From Candidatus Latescibacterota bacterium (GTDB lineage Bacteria > Latescibacterota > UBA2968 > UBA8231), in assembly GCA_965215195.1 (NCBI GenBank), contig CBDCDC010000002.1, positions 832,001 to 896,000 of the forward strand: a DNA stretch of 64,000 bases. The letters run 5' to 3'. The notes beneath the pieces are model-generated. The model saw only the letters and a list, made by a program, of their open reading frames with translations, did no database searches and was not told the origin of the DNA. The translations under genes and the position numbers were made by a program. Positions 48,613-59,235 of the stretch are shown piece after piece; within the stretch, counting starts at the first letter, position 1, and each line of letters starts with the position of its first letter.

Positions 48613-49379
48613 ATATTGGACTTGGATTGCCCCCCATCAACGTTGATGCAGGCCCCGGTCACCCATTGCGCCCGGTCGGACGCCAAAAAGGCCACTACAT
48701 CGGCGACCTCCTCCGGGGTGCCAAAGCGGCCAAAGGGTATATTGGCGTCGATAAAGGCCTGGATTTGCGCTGGATTTTCCTTCATTCGCCGCTCCCAACT
48801 TCCCCCGGGAAAGAGAATGGAGCCTGGGGCCACGGTATTGACGCGGATGTTCTTTTTGGCCGCTTCAATGGCCAAGTTGGCCCCCATGCTGATCATCGCC
48901 GCCTTGGCAGCATTATAGGCAATAGGCCCGCCGGTTTCGCGGCCAAAAATCGAGGCGATATGGACGATGCTGCCGCCGCCCCCCGCTTCCATCACCGGAA
49001 TGGCCGCACGGCTCACCCGCACGGCCGAAAGAAAGCTCCAGTTGACGATAGCATTCCACTCCTCGTCGTCGATCTCGACAAAGGGCGTCCACTTGGAGCC
49101 GCCGACATTGTTTACGAGAATGTCCAGCCCGCCAAAGCGGTTTTTCGCGGCCTCCACCACGGCGATCGCGCCCTCCGGCGTGGTCACATCTTGCGCGGTG
49201 GCCTCCACCGCTGCGCCTCCACTTGCTAATTCAGCGGCCGCTTCCGCCAGCGCATCGGCACCGCGGGCGCAGATGCAGAGCCGAGCACCTTCGGCGGCCA
49301 AGGCCGCGGCAATGCGCTTGCCAATGCCGCGGCTAGCCCCAGTAACCAAGGCGACTTTGTCTTTGAGTCCTAGATCCAA
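48609..49379 (-). CDS. SDR family oxidoreductase
   Basis: TGASRGIG, NNVG, YNAAK, NVDGG; TTG after AAGGAG. Confidence 0.92.
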   Translation of the reverse strand: MDLGLKDKVALVTGASRGIGKRIAAALAAEGARLCICARGADALAEAAAELASGGAAVEATAQDVTTPEGAIAVVEAAKNRFGGLDILVNNVGGSKWTPFVEIDDEEWNAIVNWSFLSAVRVSRAAIPVMEAGGGGSIVHIASIFGRETGGPIAYNAAKAAMISMGANLAIEAAKKNIRVNTVAPGSILFPGGSWERRMKENPAQIQAFIDANIPFGRFGTPEEVADVVAFLASDRAQWVTGACINVDGGQSKSNI

Positions 49380-49380
49380 A

Positions 49381-50367
49381 CTACACTCCTTTTTCAATGC
49401 CCGGCGCCAGCGCACCGGGGTTGGTCGCGAAAAGCGCGATCAAGTAAGCAATGCACAACGCCAACAACACCAAGCCCTTCCAGCGGTTTAATTCGCAGCC
49501 GATCCGCATGAGCCCGAGCATCGCCAGCACGATCGCCAGCATCCACGGGAACATGAAATTGACCACCTCGGCCGGAACCACCAGCGGATTGGCCAAGGCC
49601 GAAGCACCGGCGATCCAGCAGATATTGAGGATGTCGGCCCCGAGGATGTTGCCCACCGCCAAAGCCCCTTGGCCCTTGCGGGCGGCGGCAATGCAGGTGG
49701 CGATCTCGGGGATTGAAGTGCCCAAGGCCACGACCACCAAGCCGATGACCACGTCCGGCAGCCCCAAGGCCATCGCCACCACCGGAGTCGCCTCGACGAT
49801 AAAGTGGCTGCTGACGACCACGCCGGCCAAGCCGCCGACGAATAGCAACGCTACCATCGAGAGGCTGCGCGGGGGATCCTCCCCCTCGTCGATCACGGCA
49901 CGCGGTCGCCGCTTCTGCTCCCAGAACGAGTACATTAGGTATAAGACAAAAAGCCCCACTAACGCACCGCCTTCTACCCGGGCCAGCGTCCCGTCGGAGG
50001 CCATGTACCAAGCCACTAGATCTACGGTAATGAGAAAAATCGCGGCCGAGCGCAGCACGACGCGGTCAATGGCAATGGCCGCAGTGGCAAAAAGCGCGGC
50101 CATGGGCAGGGCCAAGCCATCGTCGTAAATGACCGACCCCACAGCATTGCCCAGCGCCACTTCGGGCGAGTCCCCGAGGGCCGCGGTCACCGAGACCGCC
50201 AGCTCGGGCGCGGTGGTGCCAATGCCGACGATGACGATGCCGACCAATATCGGCGGAGCGCGGAGGTAGCGCGCAATATCAATGGCTCCCTCCACCAGAT
50301 AGTCGGCGCATTTGGCCAACAGCGCGAAGGATAAGAGCATCAGGCCCGCGGCCTCCCAAACCCCCAT
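49381..50367 (-). CDS. Calcium/sodium antiporter (YrbG/CaCA family)
   Basis: GTTAPE..GNAVGS and GTSIPE..GNILGAD alpha repeats. Confidence 0.9.
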   Translation of the reverse strand: MGVWEAAGLMLLSFALLAKCADYLVEGAIDIARYLRAPPILVGIVIVGIGTTAPELAVSVTAALGDSPEVALGNAVGSVIYDDGLALPMAALFATAAIAIDRVVLRSAAIFLITVDLVAWYMASDGTLARVEGGALVGLFVLYLMYSFWEQKRRPRAVIDEGEDPPRSLSMVALLFVGGLAGVVVSSHFIVEATPVVAMALGLPDVVIGLVVVALGTSIPEIATCIAAARKGQGALAVGNILGADILNICWIAGASALANPLVVPAEVVNFMFPWMLAIVLAMLGLMRIGCELNRWKGLVLLALCIAYLIALFATNPGALAPGIEKGV

Positions 50368-50371
50368 GGCT

Positions 50372-51244
50372 TTAGCTCTTGTCTAAGTAGGAAGACAAGA
50401 GGCGCTCGGCGTTTTGGTAGGCGATCTTGTCAAAGGCTTTCGCAGGTAGCTCAAGGGTGCGCAGAAAATCCATTAGCTTGGAGTCAAAGTAGTCCCGACC
50501 AAAGAGCAATTTGTCCTGAAATTCGAGGAGAAAATCGCGCCCGAAGCGCCGATCCCTTTGCAGCGCGCGCAACCCCGAGCCGGCCGACAGATCGGCATAT
50601 AGGTTGCGGTACTGGCGCATCATCGGGGCCAAGCGCCCATTCGGCAGGACCGGGCCGCTCGGGTAGCTCTCCTTGGCGTAGCGATCATCCCCGGAAATAT
50701 GGGCCCAGAACCCGGGGGCATGGCCGATAAAAACCGTCTGCGGACAGGCTGCAACCGCGCGTTCAAGCGCGTCGAGGCTGCCGCCGTACCACCAGTTGGG
50801 GCGCGGGTAAGCGCCGCGGCCGTGGTCGATTGGATAGTCGAGATGGATCGTAATGGGCAAGCGCATTGCGCCGCAAGCCTCGTACAGGCGCAGCGCGTCT
50901 GGATCGTCAAACGGCAGGCGCACCTTCAACTCGGAGGCGACCTGTACGCCGTGAATTTCGACCGCGGCCTTGAGCCGATCTATGGCATCGGGCCGCTTGG
51001 GATGCGGCATGTAGCCGAGGACAAAGCGCTCGGGCGCTTCCCGGCCGACGGCCAGCACATCTTCTAGGGGGATGCCAAGGCCCGTAGGGGGCAATACCGA
51101 GTGATACGAAGGCGAGTATTCATCTGCAGGGACCTCCCACGAGAAAAGCCACATCTGGTCGATGCCCTGCTCGTCCATGTTGCGCAGAATTTTGGCGGCG
51201 TTAAACCCGTGCCAATTGGGGTGATTATGCGCGTCAATGAGCAT
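50372..51244 (-). CDS. Amidohydrolase_2 family protein
   Basis: IDAHNH, FIGHAPGFW, DLSAGSG, LLFGRD. Confidence 0.88.
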   Translation of the reverse strand: MLIDAHNHPNWHGFNAAKILRNMDEQGIDQMWLFSWEVPADEYSPSYHSVLPPTGLGIPLEDVLAVGREAPERFVLGYMPHPKRPDAIDRLKAAVEIHGVQVASELKVRLPFDDPDALRLYEACGAMRLPITIHLDYPIDHGRGAYPRPNWWYGGSLDALERAVAACPQTVFIGHAPGFWAHISGDDRYAKESYPSGPVLPNGRLAPMMRQYRNLYADLSAGSGLRALQRDRRFGRDFLLEFQDKLLFGRDYFDSKLMDFLRTLELPAKAFDKIAYQNAERLLSSYLDKS

Positions 51245-51299
51245 TTGTTAATGATATTCTCGCAGGTGAAAACTGTCAAGATAAAGCGCGGTTTACCTA

Positions 51300-51350
51300 T
51301 CTTGATTATTAATAATTATTCTTGATTAATGATTTTTATTTCTTAGATTA
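51300..51350. promoter_or_regulatory. AT-rich operator region, possibly tandem ARG boxes
   Basis: TATTAATAATTATTCTTG, 3 nt, AATGATTTTTATTTCTTA upstream of argG. Confidence 0.45.
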
Positions 51351-51376
51351 TTTATCTACCCACAAAAGGAGCAACC

Positions 51377-52636
51377 ATGAATATCGCAGAGCTAAAGGGC
51401 CAGAAAGTCATGCTGGCCGCGTCCGGCGGCCTCGATAGCTGTACCATTACCCATTGGCTGCAATCCCAAGGCCTAGAGGTCGTCGCCTATACTGCCGATC
51501 TGGGCCAGCCCGATGAGGAACGCATCGAAGATATACGGCACCGGATGCGGGCCTGTGGGGCCGCTGAGATGATCCTCGACGACCGCAGAGAGGCCATTTG
51601 TCAAGCCGGCATCCAGCTCGTCCAGGCTCAGGCCCGCTACGAAGGCGGCTATTGGAACACCACCGGCATCGCCCGGCACGTGACAGTGGCCGGCATGTTG
51701 CCCCACATGCAGGAGCGCGGCATCCAAGTCATGGCGCACGGGGCCACCGGGCGCGGCAACGACCAAGTCCGCTTCCAACTGGCGGCGCAGATGCTCGCGC
51801 CGCACATCGAGGTGTACGCTCCTTGGCGCGACCCGGCCTTCTTGCAAAACTTTGGCGGGCGCAGCGAAATGATCGCGTACTGCCAAGGGCACGGCCTGCC
51901 CATAACCGCCACCCCGGACAAGCCCTACTCTACGGATGCCAACATGCTCGGGCTGACGCACGAAGCCGGCCAGCTCGAAGACCTAGAAACCCCCGTCTGC
52001 CTGATCGAACCGGGCATGGGCCGCTTCCCCCAGCAGGCACCCGATGCCGCCGAGGTGTTTACCGTGCGCTTTGAAGAGGGCACTCCCGTGGCCATCAACG
52101 GCCAGTCCGTCGGCCCGGTCGCGGCCATCGCGCAGAGCAACGCCATCGCCGGGCAACACGGCGTCGGCATTGGCTTACACGCGGTGGAAAATCGCTTCGT
52201 TGGCATCAAGTCGCGCGGCGTCTATGAGGCACCGGCCCTAGCGCTGCTCGGCCAGTGCTACGATTACTTGCTCCAGCTCATTCTCGACCGCCGCGCCCGG
52301 CGGATTTTCGCGGTTGTCTCCGGGTTTATTGCCGAGCAAATCTACCAAGGCTATTGGTTTGACACGGCGACCCAAGCGAGCTGGAAGCTCATCGAGCATT
52401 TTAATCAATTGGCGACCGGGACTATCTCCGTCTCGCTCTACAAGGGCCAAGTCGCCTTTTGCGCGGCCTGCGACGCGCCCCACTCGCTCTACAGCGAGGA
52501 CACCGCTTCCATGGAGGCCATCGGCGACTTCGACCATCGCGACTCTGAGGGCTTCCTCGGCGTCTTGGGCGTCAGTGCCCGCGCACTTTACCAGGCCGGG
52601 CAGATTGCGCCACCCAGTGGCGATATAGGGGCTTGA
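51377..52636 (+). CDS. argG: Argininosuccinate synthase
   Basis: ASGGLDS, HGATGRGNDQVRF, YSTDAN, ENRFVGIKSRGVYEAP. Confidence 0.96.
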   Translation: MNIAELKGQKVMLAASGGLDSCTITHWLQSQGLEVVAYTADLGQPDEERIEDIRHRMRACGAAEMILDDRREAICQAGIQLVQAQARYEGGYWNTTGIARHVTVAGMLPHMQERGIQVMAHGATGRGNDQVRFQLAAQMLAPHIEVYAPWRDPAFLQNFGGRSEMIAYCQGHGLPITATPDKPYSTDANMLGLTHEAGQLEDLETPVCLIEPGMGRFPQQAPDAAEVFTVRFEEGTPVAINGQSVGPVAAIAQSNAIAGQHGVGIGLHAVENRFVGIKSRGVYEAPALALLGQCYDYLLQLILDRRARRIFAVVSGFIAEQIYQGYWFDTATQASWKLIEHFNQLATGTISVSLYKGQVAFCAACDAPHSLYSEDTASMEAIGDFDHRDSEGFLGVLGVSARALYQAGQIAPPSGDIGA

Positions 52637-53441
52637 CCTCTTTGGGCAACCGGGCAAAGACTTCTCGCTCAATTGGCACCATCTCGTAGTTTTTGCCTCC
52701 GGTCTCCACCACCATAGCCTCGTGTTCGGGCCGGCCGATGAGCGTGGGGTTTAGGTTCAGCCACCACGGAGCGTAGCGCACGATGAGAGCGACGCGATCC
52801 ATTTCGCTCCTGTTGGGGGCCACCGCGTGCCAAAGCCGGCTGTCGTACACCAAGACGCTGCCGGCCGCTCCTTCGACATGGCACTCGGTCGGATAAGGCG
52901 CGTCCCGATCCATTTCGGGCATGTCTCCGGCTGCGGGATTGCGCGGCCAGCGGTGACTGCCCGGCACCACGAGGGTCCCCCCGGTCTCAGGGGCAAACGG
53001 CGTCAACATCCATATCGTCGAAAGATGTAAAACCGCGTCTGGGTACGGCGCGGAGATGTGCGAGGCGTTGGTCGCGTTGTAAGGCCAGTCGGCGTGCCAA
53101 TAGCCCCGCGCATTGCCCGGGCGATTGACCACGCAGTCGGTGCAGGAAATCCGCGCCCAAGCCCCGAAAAAAGACTCAACTACCCCTAGGAGCTGGCGGT
53201 CGGCCAAGTACGGAGCAAAGGATTGCACCTGATTGATGACCTGCCTGAGCTGGTCCACGCCCGGGTTGCCGATCCGGTGACCGCGACCGCGAATTGCAGC
53301 CAGCTCGGCTGCGGAGTGCCGGCGATTGCGCTCAACCGCGGCCGCTAGCTCGGCGCATATCTCCCCGACCGCAGCCGCGGGAATCACTTGCTCGATAATG
53401 CAAAAGCCGTCGCGCTCAATGCGCTGGTTGTAGGTAGCCAC
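52572..53441 (-). CDS. Phytanoyl-CoA dioxygenase (PhyH) family protein
   Basis: WHADWP, GGTLVVPGSH, DSRLWH..N..R. Confidence 0.88.
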   Translation of the reverse strand: MATYNQRIERDGFCIIEQVIPAAAVGEICAELAAAVERNRRHSAAELAAIRGRGHRIGNPGVDQLRQVINQVQSFAPYLADRQLLGVVESFFGAWARISCTDCVVNRPGNARGYWHADWPYNATNASHISAPYPDAVLHLSTIWMLTPFAPETGGTLVVPGSHRWPRNPAAGDMPEMDRDAPYPTECHVEGAAGSVLVYDSRLWHAVAPNRSEMDRVALIVRYAPWWLNLNPTLIGRPEHEAMVVETGGKNYEMVPIEREVFARLPKEVKPLYRHWVAQSARPGKVRGH

Positions 53442-53442
53442 T

Positions 53443-54342
53443 TCACCCCCGCAAGAGCGGCGCGACGCCGTCCCAAATGATTTCCAACTCGGTCAGTGCG
53501 TCGCTGTCGAGGACGGGCACGGGCGCCCGGCAAACCGCCGAGCGGATCAACCCGCGCTTTTGCAGAATCCACTTGTAGATCGCAATTCCGTAGAGCCGCT
53601 CGTAGTTCATCAGCGGCAAGAGCTGATAGAACTGCGCCCGCGCCGTTGCGGCGTCGCCTGCTTCGAGGGCATTCCAAATCGCCGCCATGGCATCGGTCAC
53701 GTGACAGCCCGGCATATTGCCGCAGGCACCGCGCCGATATTCGTCGAGCAAATAGACCCCGCCTTTGCCGCCCAGTACGCCCTTGCAGGCCGCGCCCGCC
53801 AGCGCCAACGTGCGGCTGACCTGCCAAGGCTCGGGAACGGTTTCTTCCTTGATGTAATCGACGCCCGCTAGCTCGCGGCACATCCGCCCCAACAGCTCGC
53901 CGCTCATGGGCGTACCGACCGGCGCATCGAAATTCTGCACGCAGATCGGGACCTCAACCGCGGCCGCCAACTGCTGGTAAAAGGCGTAGCAACCTTCTTG
54001 GTCAACGCGCAACACATGCGGCGGCATGGACATGATCCCGTCGGCTCCCGCGGCTTGGGCAAACTGGGCGAGAGCCACGGCCGGCACGGCGTGCCCCGAG
54101 GTGATCGAGGCCACTACGGGTACTCGGCCCGCGGCCGCGGCCACGACGATCTCGATCCAGCGGCCGCGCTCCTCGTCGGAAAGGGTCGAAAATTCACTGG
54201 CATTGGCCGGCCCCACCAAGCCCGTGGCACCCGCTTCAATGCTGAAGGCGACCAAGTCCTGCAAGGCTACTTCGTCTAGCAAGTACCTATCGGTAAAGGG
54301 GGTCACCACAATCGGCATAATTCCGCGCCATGTTTCAGTCAT
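53443..54342 (-). CDS. Dihydrodipicolinate synthase family protein
   Basis: GIMPIVVTPF, ANASEF, YIKEE. Confidence 0.88.
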   Translation of the reverse strand: MTETWRGIMPIVVTPFTDRYLLDEVALQDLVAFSIEAGATGLVGPANASEFSTLSDEERGRWIEIVVAAAAGRVPVVASITSGHAVPAVALAQFAQAAGADGIMSMPPHVLRVDQEGCYAFYQQLAAAVEVPICVQNFDAPVGTPMSGELLGRMCRELAGVDYIKEETVPEPWQVSRTLALAGAACKGVLGGKGGVYLLDEYRRGACGNMPGCHVTDAMAAIWNALEAGDAATARAQFYQLLPLMNYERLYGIAIYKWILQKRGLIRSAVCRAPVPVLDSDALTELEIIWDGVAPLLRG

Positions 54343-54994
54343 GAAGATCTCCTTTTAGATCCAGCAAAGCGGCCACTGCAAAAAGCCCATCCACCACGGC
54401 ACACTCCCCCAGCTCCAACCGACGCCGGCTCTGGTGGCCGGAAGGCAGCAGGACGCAATGGGCCCCGAGCGCGGCCGCCACCTCAATGTCGTGTAGGGTA
54501 TCGCCGACGAGCAAGACTTCACCGCTCGGGCAGTTGAGGTCCGCAAGGTGCCGATGTCCGCGCTCGATTTTCCCCTCTCCCAAGCCATTATCCACCCCGG
54601 CGACTGCGGCAAAGTGAGATCGCAGCCCGTAGTGGACGACCATTTCTTCGAGAGACACTTGGTCGTAGGCCGATAAGAGGGATTGTCCGATCCCGTTGCG
54701 GCCCAATGCGGCCAGCACTTCGCACGCTCCCTCGCGCAACCGGCACTCGCGGCGGCGCTGGCTATAGAGGATGTTGAATTCGTCGCCAAGGGCCGCAAAA
54801 TCCTCGCGCTCTAGGTCAAAGCCCAAGCTCTCGTAGTAGGCACGCAGGGGAAAATCGAAGACCTCGCTGTACTCGCGCAGGGTGGTCGGCGCGAGTCCGC
54901 GACGCACCAACAGCTCGTTGACGATCTCCACGCACAGCCAAGCATCGTCCACCAAGGTGCCGTTCCAGTCCCAAATCACGTGATGCGGCTTCAT
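54335..54994 (-). CDS. HAD family hydrolase
   Basis: IWDWNGTL, LLSA, K, VGDTLHD. Confidence 0.9.
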   Translation of the reverse strand: MKPHHVIWDWNGTLVDDAWLCVEIVNELLVRRGLAPTTLREYSEVFDFPLRAYYESLGFDLEREDFAALGDEFNILYSQRRRECRLREGACEVLAALGRNGIGQSLLSAYDQVSLEEMVVHYGLRSHFAAVAGVDNGLGEGKIERGHRHLADLNCPSGEVLLVGDTLHDIEVAAALGAHCVLLPSGHQSRRRLELGECAVVDGLFAVAALLDLKGDLHD

Positions 54995-55068
54995 AAATAG
55001 CGGTCGTAAAAACAGTTCAAATGTGCTCGCGCTTAGGCACGCCTGAACCGGAATTTCTATGCGGATTC

Positions 55069-55812
55069 TTACTCTTTGCAGGCGACTACGCGCAGGCGCC
55101 AGTAGTCGGCGCACCAGACCCCATCGCCGTATAATGCCGGGCGGACAGCGTCCTCCACTGCTTCCCACAGCTCTTCGCGCATTGACCGGGGAACGTCCTC
55201 TGTAAGCGTCTCGGCGAACATCTCCATCCAATCGCGCAACCCGCTCTCGCCCGCTAGGGGCGTTGGACGGGGAAAGTGGCTGGCATAGGCAACGCGCAAC
55301 CCGGCCTGCTCCACGAGCTGCGCGTACTCGCCCAAGCTGGGAAAATACCAAGGCGACTGCGGATAAAAGCCCCGATCGGCCAATTGGTCGGTTAGCGCCC
55401 GGCGGATGGCGGCCACATTCCGCGCACCGCCCAGCTCGGCGACAAAACGCCCGCCCGCCCCCAGACAGGCGGCAATGCACGCGAGGGCCGCTTCCGGCGG
55501 CTTGACCCAGTGCAGGGCTGCGTTGGAAAAGACCGCATCGAACAGCTCGGCAAAGGAGAAATCCCCTGCATCCCCGACGACAAAAGACAGGCCCGGAAAC
55601 TGCTCGCGGGCGGCCTCAACCATCTCGGCCGACAGGTCCATGCCCACGACCTCAGCCCCGGCCGCGGCGATCTGGGCGCTCAGTTGACCGGTGCCGCATC
55701 CCAAGTCGAGGATGCGCTCGCCAGCTCGAGGAGCCAAGACCTCCACCAAGTCGGCACCTGCGGCGGTGACATAGTGGTGTTTGGCTTGGTAGCGCTTGGG
55801 ATGCTGGAACAT
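55069..55812 (-). CDS. Class I SAM-dependent methyltransferase
   Basis: ILDLGCGTG, FDAVFSNAALHW, ADYWRLR. Confidence 0.9.
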   Translation of the reverse strand: MFQHPKRYQAKHHYVTAAGADLVEVLAPRAGERILDLGCGTGQLSAQIAAAGAEVVGMDLSAEMVEAAREQFPGLSFVVGDAGDFSFAELFDAVFSNAALHWVKPPEAALACIAACLGAGGRFVAELGGARNVAAIRRALTDQLADRGFYPQSPWYFPSLGEYAQLVEQAGLRVAYASHFPRPTPLAGESGLRDWMEMFAETLTEDVPRSMREELWEAVEDAVRPALYGDGVWCADYWRLRVVACKE

Positions 55813-56801
55813 CAGCCCAAGAGATCGGCGATGACCGCACGCTCCTCTTTGAGCTCGTCTTCGGTGGCCTTGATCTTGGCCCGGGCGAAGTCGCTCAGCT
55901 CCAAGCCCTGCACGATCTCGTAATGGCCTTGACCGTCGCTGCGAATGGGAAAGGAGAACATCAACCCCTCGTCAATCCCGTAGCTGCCGTCCGCATAGAC
56001 ACCCGCCGAGAAAAAGTCGCCCGCCGGCGTGGCACTCTCCACGCTGACGATGTGGTCGAGCGCGGCATTGGCGGCCGACGCGGCCGACGACAAGCCGCGG
56101 GCGTTGATGACGGCCGCACCCCGCTGCTGGACGATCTGGATGAATTCCTCGCGCAACCAAGCGCGGTGGCCTATGACGTCAGGTACTGGCCGCCCCTCAA
56201 TGCGTGCGTTCTCGGCATCCGGGTACTGGGTGGCACTGTGGTTGCCCCAAATGGCCATATTGGTCACCGCCGCGACCTTGACTCCGGCCTTGTTGGCGAG
56301 CTGGGCTTGGGCGCGGTTTTGATCCAGTCGGGTCATGGCGTGGAAGCGGTCGCGGGGGATGCCGGCCTTATGGCCGTGGCTCATGGCAATCAAGCCATTG
56401 GTATTGGCCGGATTACCCACCACCAAGACCCGCACATCGGCCGCGGCTCGGGCCAGAGCCTGACCTTGGCCGACGAATATCGGGCCGTTTTCCCGAATTA
56501 GGTCGCCCCGCTCCATACCGGGACCGCGCGGCTTGGAGCCAATAAGCAGCCCCCAATTGATCCCATCAAAGGCCACGTCGGCTTGGTCGGTGATCACAAT
56601 GTCGTCGAGGAGCGGAAAGGCGCAGTCGTCGAGTTCCATAACCACGCCTTCGAGGGCTTTGAGCACCGGAGTGATCTCCAGCAAGTGCAGCGAAACCCGG
56701 ACATCGCGGCCGAAAACCTCGCCCGCGGCTAAACGCGGCAATATAGCGTAGCCGATCTGGCCAGCCGCCCCGGTGACGGCTACTTTCACAGTGCGTACCA
56801 T
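55812..56801 (-). CDS. mdh: Malate dehydrogenase
   Basis: [39 protein letters not shown]. Confidence 0.96.
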   Translation of the reverse strand: MVRTVKVAVTGAAGQIGYAILPRLAAGEVFGRDVRVSLHLLEITPVLKALEGVVMELDDCAFPLLDDIVITDQADVAFDGINWGLLIGSKPRGPGMERGDLIRENGPIFVGQGQALARAAADVRVLVVGNPANTNGLIAMSHGHKAGIPRDRFHAMTRLDQNRAQAQLANKAGVKVAAVTNMAIWGNHSATQYPDAENARIEGRPVPDVIGHRAWLREEFIQIVQQRGAAVINARGLSSAASAANAALDHIVSVESATPAGDFFSAGVYADGSYGIDEGLMFSFPIRSDGQGHYEIVQGLELSDFARAKIKATEDELKEERAVIADLLG

Positions 56802-56958
56802 GTATTCCTCCTAAAGGCAGTTTTTATACTTAGAGAAAATCTGCCAAAAAAATGCGCTCCGTGCAATGCACAACCCAGCCATTGACCTGCCCTCGGTCCG
56901 CTGGTTATTCTACGGCTTTACCTCCAACACACAGCCCACGGGCGAAAGGACGGCCATT

Positions 56959-58119
56959 ATGAGCGGCAACTTTGATCTCATCATCCAAGGGGGGCACCTA
57001 ATTGACCCCAAAAACGACCTCAACAGCCCAGCCGATATTGCCATTAAGGACGGGCTAGTCGCGGCGGTCTCCGATCGAATCAAGTGCAGTTCAGCCAAGG
57101 TCATCGACGTATCCGGCCTCTACGTCACCCCGGGCTTGATCGATATCCACGTCCACGTCTATGGGGGGTATCGAGGCTGGCTCTTTCCCGATCAGCACGC
57201 CCTGCCCTACGGCGTGACCACCGTAGTAGATACAGGCGGCGCTGGATGGAAAGATTTTGCCGACTTCAAGCACTCCATCATTGACCCCGCCCAGACCCGC
57301 GTCTTGGCCTTTGTCAATATCGTCGGCGCTGGCATGACCGGCCCTCCCGAACAAGACGTCAGCGAAATGGACCCCGCGCTCTGCGCCGCGGCGATTGAGC
57401 AGTACCGCGAGCATATCGTCGGTGCCAAGTCGGCCCACTTCGGTGGTCCGGGTTGGGAGTCGGCTGGTGGCGCGATCTCGGCGGCGCGCCAGAGCGATTC
57501 CATCGCCATGATTGACTTTGCCCCCCAGCCCACTCGCTCGTACGAGGAATTGCTCGAGCGCATGAGTCCGGGGGACATCCACACCCACCTCTACGCCGCC
57601 CACATCCCCCTGCTCAACGCCGACAAACGGGTCGAAGACTACGTGCGCCGAGCCAGACAGCGCGGCATTGTCTTTGACACGGGCCACGGCGGCGGCTCCT
57701 TTTGGTTTCGCATTGCTGTGCCTGCCATGGCCCAGAACTTCCCCCCGGATACCATCAGCACGGACCTACACAAGGACAGCCGCATGCTGCCCAACGCCAC
57801 CATGCCCATAACTATGTCCAAATTCCTGAGCCTCGGCATGCCCCTCCAAGAAGTCGTCTATCGCTCAACGCGCAGACCAGCCGAGGTAATCAGGCACCCA
57901 CAGCTAGGCCACCTCAGTGTCGGGGCCGAAGCCGACCTAGCGGCCTTTGCGCTGCACGAAGGGGATTTTGCCTTTGTCGATTCGGGCCGGGCGCGCATGC
58001 GGGGCCAACAAAAACTCGAATGCGAGCTAACGCTGAGAGCAGGCCAAGTCGTCTGGGACCTAAACGGCCGCAGTCTAGTGGATTGGGAAAAGGCCGGTGA
58101 ATATCGCCGTCTCGCTTAA
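56959..58119 (+). CDS. Dihydroorotase-like amidohydrolase/deacetylase
   Basis: PGLIDIHVH, GVTTVVD, GDIHTH, DTGHGGGSF, ISTDLH. Confidence 0.88.
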   Translation: MSGNFDLIIQGGHLIDPKNDLNSPADIAIKDGLVAAVSDRIKCSSAKVIDVSGLYVTPGLIDIHVHVYGGYRGWLFPDQHALPYGVTTVVDTGGAGWKDFADFKHSIIDPAQTRVLAFVNIVGAGMTGPPEQDVSEMDPALCAAAIEQYREHIVGAKSAHFGGPGWESAGGAISAARQSDSIAMIDFAPQPTRSYEELLERMSPGDIHTHLYAAHIPLLNADKRVEDYVRRARQRGIVFDTGHGGGSFWFRIAVPAMAQNFPPDTISTDLHKDSRMLPNATMPITMSKFLSLGMPLQEVVYRSTRRPAEVIRHPQLGHLSVGAEADLAAFALHEGDFAFVDSGRARMRGQQKLECELTLRAGQVVWDLNGRSLVDWEKAGEYRRLA

Positions 58120-58153
58120 GGCATGGCTGCCCGCCAATGCCCTTGCAAACGAC

Positions 58154-58182
58154 TTGACGCAGCACTGCTCCTTATGTATAAT
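58154..58182 (+). promoter_or_regulatory. Near-consensus sigma70 promoter
   Basis: TTGACG, 17 nt, TATAAT. Confidence 0.75.
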
Positions 58183-58289
58183 CAGTTAGTTTCGCCTATA
58201 CGGACGCTTACCATTTGCACCGAGAGCATTTCGATGCTGTGGCGCAGGGGCGCAGGCAGCCCCTTTGTACATCAAAGATGAGAGGCTCT

Positions 58290-59138
58290 ATGCAGAATCT
58301 GCACGACGAGGAAAACACCCTGCGGCTCTATTTCGACGATATTGCTGAGTCCACGCCCCTTTCGAGAGAACGCGAGGTAGAATTGGCCGATCGCATCAAA
58401 AATGGCGATATGCATGCCCGCGAAGAAATGATCAGCGCCAATTTGCGGTTTGTCGTTGATGTAGCCAAGAAGTACCAAAATCGCGGCTTGTCCCTATCCG
58501 ACCTCATTAGCGCCGGCAATCTCGGCCTCATCACGGCGGCCGACCGCTTCGACGGCACCAAGGGCTACAAATTCATTTCATACGCAGTTTGGTGGATCCG
58601 CCAGTCCATTCTCCAAACCCTCGCCGAGCACGTGCGCACCGTGCGCCTTCCTCTCAACAAAGTCAGCTTACTCAAAGATATTTCCAAAGCCTCGCGCAAA
58701 TTGGGCCAACATCGCGCCAGTGAGCCTGACATAGAGGAAATCGCCGCTGAACTCGAAGTTCCGGCCGAAGAGGTTCTAGAGACCATCCTCAGTGCCCGCG
58801 CTGTGTGTTCGCTCGACGAGTCCTTCACCGACGACGACGAGCGCAGCCTGCTCAACACCTTGGCCGACAACACGACCGCTGCCCCGGACGCCGACATCCT
58901 GAGCGAATCAGCACGGGAGCAGCTCGAGATGGCCTTGGAAACCCTCGAGGAGCGCGAATTGCGCATTATCAGGCTCTATTTTGGCCTCGACGGCAACGAG
59001 TCTCTGACGCTCGAGGAAATCGGCGACATGATGAATCTCACGCGCGAGCGCATCCGCCAGCTCAAAGAGCGGGCACTCAGCAAGCTGCGCCATCCTTCGC
59101 GGCACCAAGTGCTTAAAACGCTGGCTAGCGGCACCTGA
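58290..59138 (+). CDS. RpoD/SigA-family sigma factor lacking region 1.1
   Basis: ANLRFVVDVAKKY, KFISYAVWWIRQ, TLEEIG..TRERIRQ. Confidence 0.93.
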   Translation: MQNLHDEENTLRLYFDDIAESTPLSREREVELADRIKNGDMHAREEMISANLRFVVDVAKKYQNRGLSLSDLISAGNLGLITAADRFDGTKGYKFISYAVWWIRQSILQTLAEHVRTVRLPLNKVSLLKDISKASRKLGQHRASEPDIEEIAAELEVPAEEVLETILSARAVCSLDESFTDDDERSLLNTLADNTTAAPDADILSESAREQLEMALETLEERELRIIRLYFGLDGNESLTLEEIGDMMNLTRERIRQLKERALSKLRHPSRHQVLKTLASGT

Positions 59139-59147
59139 AAATTTGCC

Positions 59148-59233
59148 GGGGGGATACCGAAGTGGTCAAACGGGGCAGACTGTAAATCTGTTGGCTCATG
59201 CCTTCGCAGGTTCAAATCCTGCTCCCCCCACCA
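59148..59233 (+). tRNA. tRNA-Tyr (GUA)
   Basis: GGGGGGATACCGAAGTGGTCAAACGGGGCAGACTGTAAATCTG..long variable arm..GGTTCAAATCCTGCTCCCCCCACCA. Confidence 0.97.
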
Positions 59234-59235
59234 CT

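Noticed and set aside
52572-52636. Convergent 3' gene overlaps (also 1667-1683, 43468-43487)
   Set aside because: Short tail overlaps are common in compact GC-rich genomes; no evidence of function
54335-55480. Long N-terminal extensions in ORF-track calls (HAD; also 40571-41725, 31516-32955, 33763-34497)
   Set aside because: They overlap upstream genes; downstream starts fit the family N-termini, most with an RBS
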